A stretch of 58,834 bases of DNA, filler included, from Sphacelaria rigidula (Eukaryota), in NCBI GenBank assembly GCA_964200075.2. It is 5 parts of 5 records of this genome, joined end to end, with 100 filler letters (N's around TTAATTAATTAA, not from the genome) between each part and the next. Parts side by side here need not be neighbours in the genome. Positions count along the whole stretch, not along the records: positions 47,153 to 58,834 come from CAXNAA020004629.1; 4 more parts are not named here. One strand, written 5' to 3'. Positions 48,796 to 58,834 of the stretch are shown in pieces. How positions within the stretch are numbered: the first letter of the stretch is position 1; every line of letters begins with the position of its first letter. A program made the position numbers and the translations under genes. The notes beneath the pieces were generated by a model. That model saw only the letters and a list, made by a program, of their open reading frames with translations. It was not told where the DNA came from and searched no databases.

Positions 48796-50735
48796 ACTTA
48801 AAATACTCCGCAAATGACTATACTCCACCCAATCTGCCCTTGGAGGAGGGCAGCCGCGGCGATGACCCACATCAAAAAGACGGGCTGTGCCACAGATGCT
48901 ACACTACGGACACTCTTTGGCTGAAGGGAATCGACTTGATGAATAGATTATATTGGTTGACTTTCAATTTTACAGACTGTGACAGTAGGGCGGGCAACCG
49001 TTAATTTGGGTTGTGATAACAAGGCGAGGATAATACACGACCATGTGGGAATCGACTCGGTGTAGATTCAGCTCCACGAGCATTATTCGTTTTCTTAGTG
49101 TCGGCAAATTCTCGATTGGATAAAGGGTAGTCCGGACGATTTTCGTTGATTCTTGTGGCTCCCGTACCATGCAGCCGACGATTCGGCGTTGTGTATCTTC
49201 CTTCTTCTCGTCGACTAATACAACCCCGCCGTTCGCAGCGCCATGAATATCGAGTCAGGCGCTTTACGTCTTGAAGACTCACGTGAGACACATCTGCATA
49301 GTGAGCGTTGCGCACATCCATCCTGATCAGCTGGCATGACATTTCCATGAGTATTTCGGTAGTGGCCGGAGTGAGGTGGATTCGACGAATCGGATTGCCA
49401 TGTTGAGCCCCCTAGGTCGACGAATAGCGTGCGTTCCAGAATGGAAAATGTACCGTTCATCGTCACATACCAGGATGAAACAAGTCGGGGTACGAAGAAA
49501 AGACACTCAGCCTGGATCGGGTCGCGGTACAGATGAATCGAACGATCAACACATTCCTCGTCATCCATCACTTATGTCAACTTCGCCTTCAAGGGGACTG
49601 TATAGTATACGGCAGGTCACCGTTTGATCGGAGCTCTGGAAGATCACTCAAGCGAAATCCTCCTCGACTGTTCGGATGATGTGGAACAGATGCCACGTTC
49701 GTGTGTACTGTGCGAACGAGGAAGGATCGTAGTTTACCTTTTTCCGGGTGCAAGGACGCCTGGTTGCCATCACCTTTCATGACATGTATGACTGCTGGCA
49801 ACAAATCTGGGGGAAAACTGGGCTTCCAAAGCGCAGCAACACGAAATCTACACGGACTGCATGTTGGGGTCTCCGACACATGGTTGCTCTCACGATAATT
49901 TGCGGGCTCATGACTTCTCCACACAAAAGCCACACTGACCACGCAATTCGACCATCAATATTATGGGCCACAGACCCTCTTGCTGTAGGGTTACTACGTA
50001 CACGCCCAGAATCCGGGCTCTCGACACAAAGAATGGTACACCCGGATTTCACATGCCTCCACCATTCGACTAGACATCGTTCACCCCTCAAACCCCACTT
50101 TCGCCTTGCGGGCAGGTGAGCTTCGATAGCTGCAACTGACGTGCATCCTCAAGTTAGAGGGAAAAAAATCAACGACAAACACCTCACACCCTACAGTTGT
50201 ACTGGGGAATCCCTAACAGCTGGGCAAACATTGCGCCTCCCATTTGGTTGTGGTGGGGGTTTGCACGATAGTTTCAGCTTTCCTTTCGTGTGTTACTTGC
50301 TATTTGTGCGTCGCACTCCCAGCCTTTACAAAACAAAGCCACACTCGCGTGCAGAACGAAAATCAAGCGGCGTGCTGTGCGCCGACACGATTGAAACAAC
50401 TCGCACGGGAAGGCCGAGTGAAACCAACACAAAAAATCCGAGCACATGACGCTACAAGTAACAGAGTACCCTGAACGACTTGCCGTACTGCTGCATAAAC
50501 CCAATGACTCCGTGCATATACTGCAGTTGGATCAAATTCCAAGATGGAGGGCGAACGCGATAGCGAGAAGCTCACAAATAAAATAAGATGCACTGAGTGT
50601 CCATCACCCCAACCCCTAGGGGACAGACCCCAAAAACCCCGGACCTCGACGGTGGGTGGTACCGTTAAAACAACACTTGGCACCTGCGACATGGCAAAAA
50701 ACCGATTTACGGGTTACTTCGACCAGGTTACCCCC

Positions 50736-56491
<5,756 letters not shown>

Positions 56492-58834
56492 GGTTCCGCT
56501 TTCTATTCCGGGACAGAGTCGAAGGGTACAGCAGGGCAGGTACAGCGAATAGCACGGAAAGAACAAGGAGGGAAAATGGTGGTCAATACGTACATATGTC
56601 ACAAAGAAGGACCGGGAAAATAATCACACCACTTCTCACCGTCACGACAACGGACAAGAAAGTGATCAAGGCGTGATACAGCCACACCCCCGAAAGACCG
56701 TCACAACAGTCATACGGGCGAGGAGGCCAGCTACGGCATCTTGCACTACTCCATGCTTCTGATGTTCACAGTCAGTCAGGGCACGACATCTATGGGAAGG
56801 GTAGGCACAAGGAGAGGTGGCCTAGTTTGGGTTGTTCTTTTCGACGAGCCAAGGAACAGGGACACAGTCCGCGCCAAATAATAAAAAATTGGGCCGGTCT
56901 GCGTCCGGGCAGCTCTTTAATCGTTTTCCAGCTCAGGACTGGCATACGCGCAGAACTCGCAGCGACTCCCTCCACTTGAACCCGAGATTAACCATTCCAT
57001 GACGCATGCCTGACGTGCCTCTGCATTGATTGCCCAGCTCTAATTCCAAGCTTGCGTTAATATTTGGAAGATTGACATATCATATGCCAAAAGTAAGTCC
57101 ATAGCTCCAGCAGCAGAGGGTCCACATAAAAAAAGAAGGGTGTGTGTGTTCGTTTGGTATGAAGACGCCGAATAATAGCGGATGCAGAACAGAGAGAAAA
57201 CTGGGTAGGGTAACTCGTGAAAACCGAAGAGCAATCACAAAAGAGCGACCAGCGATGAGTAAAGCTGCAACACAACTAGAAAGCAATAAATCAATGCTCG
57301 GTGCTGGTGTTTAGGCATAGCTGTTGTTTATTCCCTTTCACCTACAAAACATCGACGTTCCCTTCATTTGCCACCAGTACACACCAAGAATACGGGAGAC
57401 AAGGCGAGCGAAAGCCCCAAAAAAGCCAAGTTCACACGTTCTTCCAGGGAACAGATTCCCGGATCATCTACTGATATGCTCACCTTGTCCCCACCAGACA
57501 CGGATATGAGAACCTCACACACACAGCACGCTATCCTGTGGTTCCCGGGGTGTTTCCGGCCTTTACAAGTTCGTCTGCTGCCCGACGCTGATGATACAGT
57601 GTGCTGCGTGGAAGCCCGTGTTGACGTGTCCTGTGATCACTGGCCATCGGGCCGTCGAACCCATAGGGTACGGACGAAGTGTCATCTCTCACGATCGAAC
57701 CATTTTATAGAAGTGAAAAAAAAAGTATTATTATTCATATATCGTCGCGTTTTCGCTCCTTTCCCCCCTCCTTTGAGAGGGCTACGTTCTCTTCTCCTTC
57801 TCTCTTCTTTTCTCGATTGGCTCTGGGCATGTCCATCACATGTATTGTACAATAATAGTACACATGGTACAGTGCATGCGCACTATTAACCGTTCCCAAG
57901 TGCGATTATTTTTACTTAAGCCGTACCATTCTGTCGGATTATTTATCATCCGATTTGGATCATTACTATCTTTTTTTTTTCACGTGCAAGAGAACCACGC
58001 GCGGTTCGTAATTGCAGTGATCCCCTCCTCACTAGATGATATGTAATGTTCACGATGCACAGTTGTTTGCCCTATTTTGTTCGATCTTTCCGCGACGGGT
58101 CAGATTAGCACAGCACGGGGCCAATTTCACGACGCAATTCTTGAAACACCCTCACACTAGATATTTCTTGTTTGGGTCGTCCCCGTAAGTCGAAAAAGAG
58201 CTTGTTGAGTTGTAGAACGTGTGAGCACTTCCGTGATTCTTGAGACCGAAGTATCTCTGTTCTAATCCTGACTCAAGCCAAAAAGATGAAACGTAGTCCG
58301 AACAGAAATTTGATGAAGAAGCCGAATAAGGGGTGCCCTTTGCGAAAGTAACCCTCCTCCGACTGGAAAATGACCATCTTCATCTGAAGATTGTGATTCG
58401 GGCCACTGAAATTCTTTACAGGTATTTGGAACGAGGGGCCCCATAATATCGTGCTATATCGTGAAACCCATGCACCACCGCTACCCCCCCTACCCACGGT
58501 TGAGAATGAGAAAAATGCCAACTCAGATTGGGAAAAAACTGATTCTTCCTATTCCTCCACTAGCATACTGAATTGAACGATTTTTGAGATATCTCCGGGT
58601 TCGCCTCAACGTCAGCAGCCCCAAACCGAGGAGTTTTGGTGTGTGTCAGTTGTTCTTGTTGCGATCGGGAAGCAAATTTGCCGAATGGAAAATGACTTTT
58701 GAGTCGCGGTGATCACTGGAGAATGAACATTGAGTCCTGCTGGCTTCTGCAAGACCGGTTAACAGCCGATTTTCGAAAATGGGGTTGAAAAAAAAAATGA
58801 GGTTCAACTCAAAAGCCGTGCTTTCCCTGACCTA

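Overview
Eukaryotic, intron-rich, transposon-rich genomic DNA, most likely from a stramenopile (a brown alga is my inference from the ARF1 protein, long GT-AG introns and repeat style). The window is not one locus. It is five contigs (1-11689, 11790-23478, 23579-35266, 35367-47052, 47153-58834; lengths 11689, 11689, 11688, 11686, 11682) joined in descending size order by artificial 100-bp N..TTAATTAATTAA..N linkers. Contig 5 holds a complete 4-exon ARF1 gene (181 aa, minus strand). Contig 1 holds the first two exons of a HAT/TPR-repeat protein. The rest is mobile or decayed DNA: a Ty1/copia remnant with an internal RT deletion and an open antisense ORF, a 5'-truncated LINE, tRNA-derived SINEs with interchangeable tails, MITEs with 2-, 3-, 4-, 8- and 9-bp target-site duplications (TSDs), and several pseudogene-like coding relics I cannot assign. 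The most notable signal is a LINE and a non-autonomous partner family that share a ~80-nt 3' end (…ATGAGTAC), lack poly(A), and sit in C-runs.
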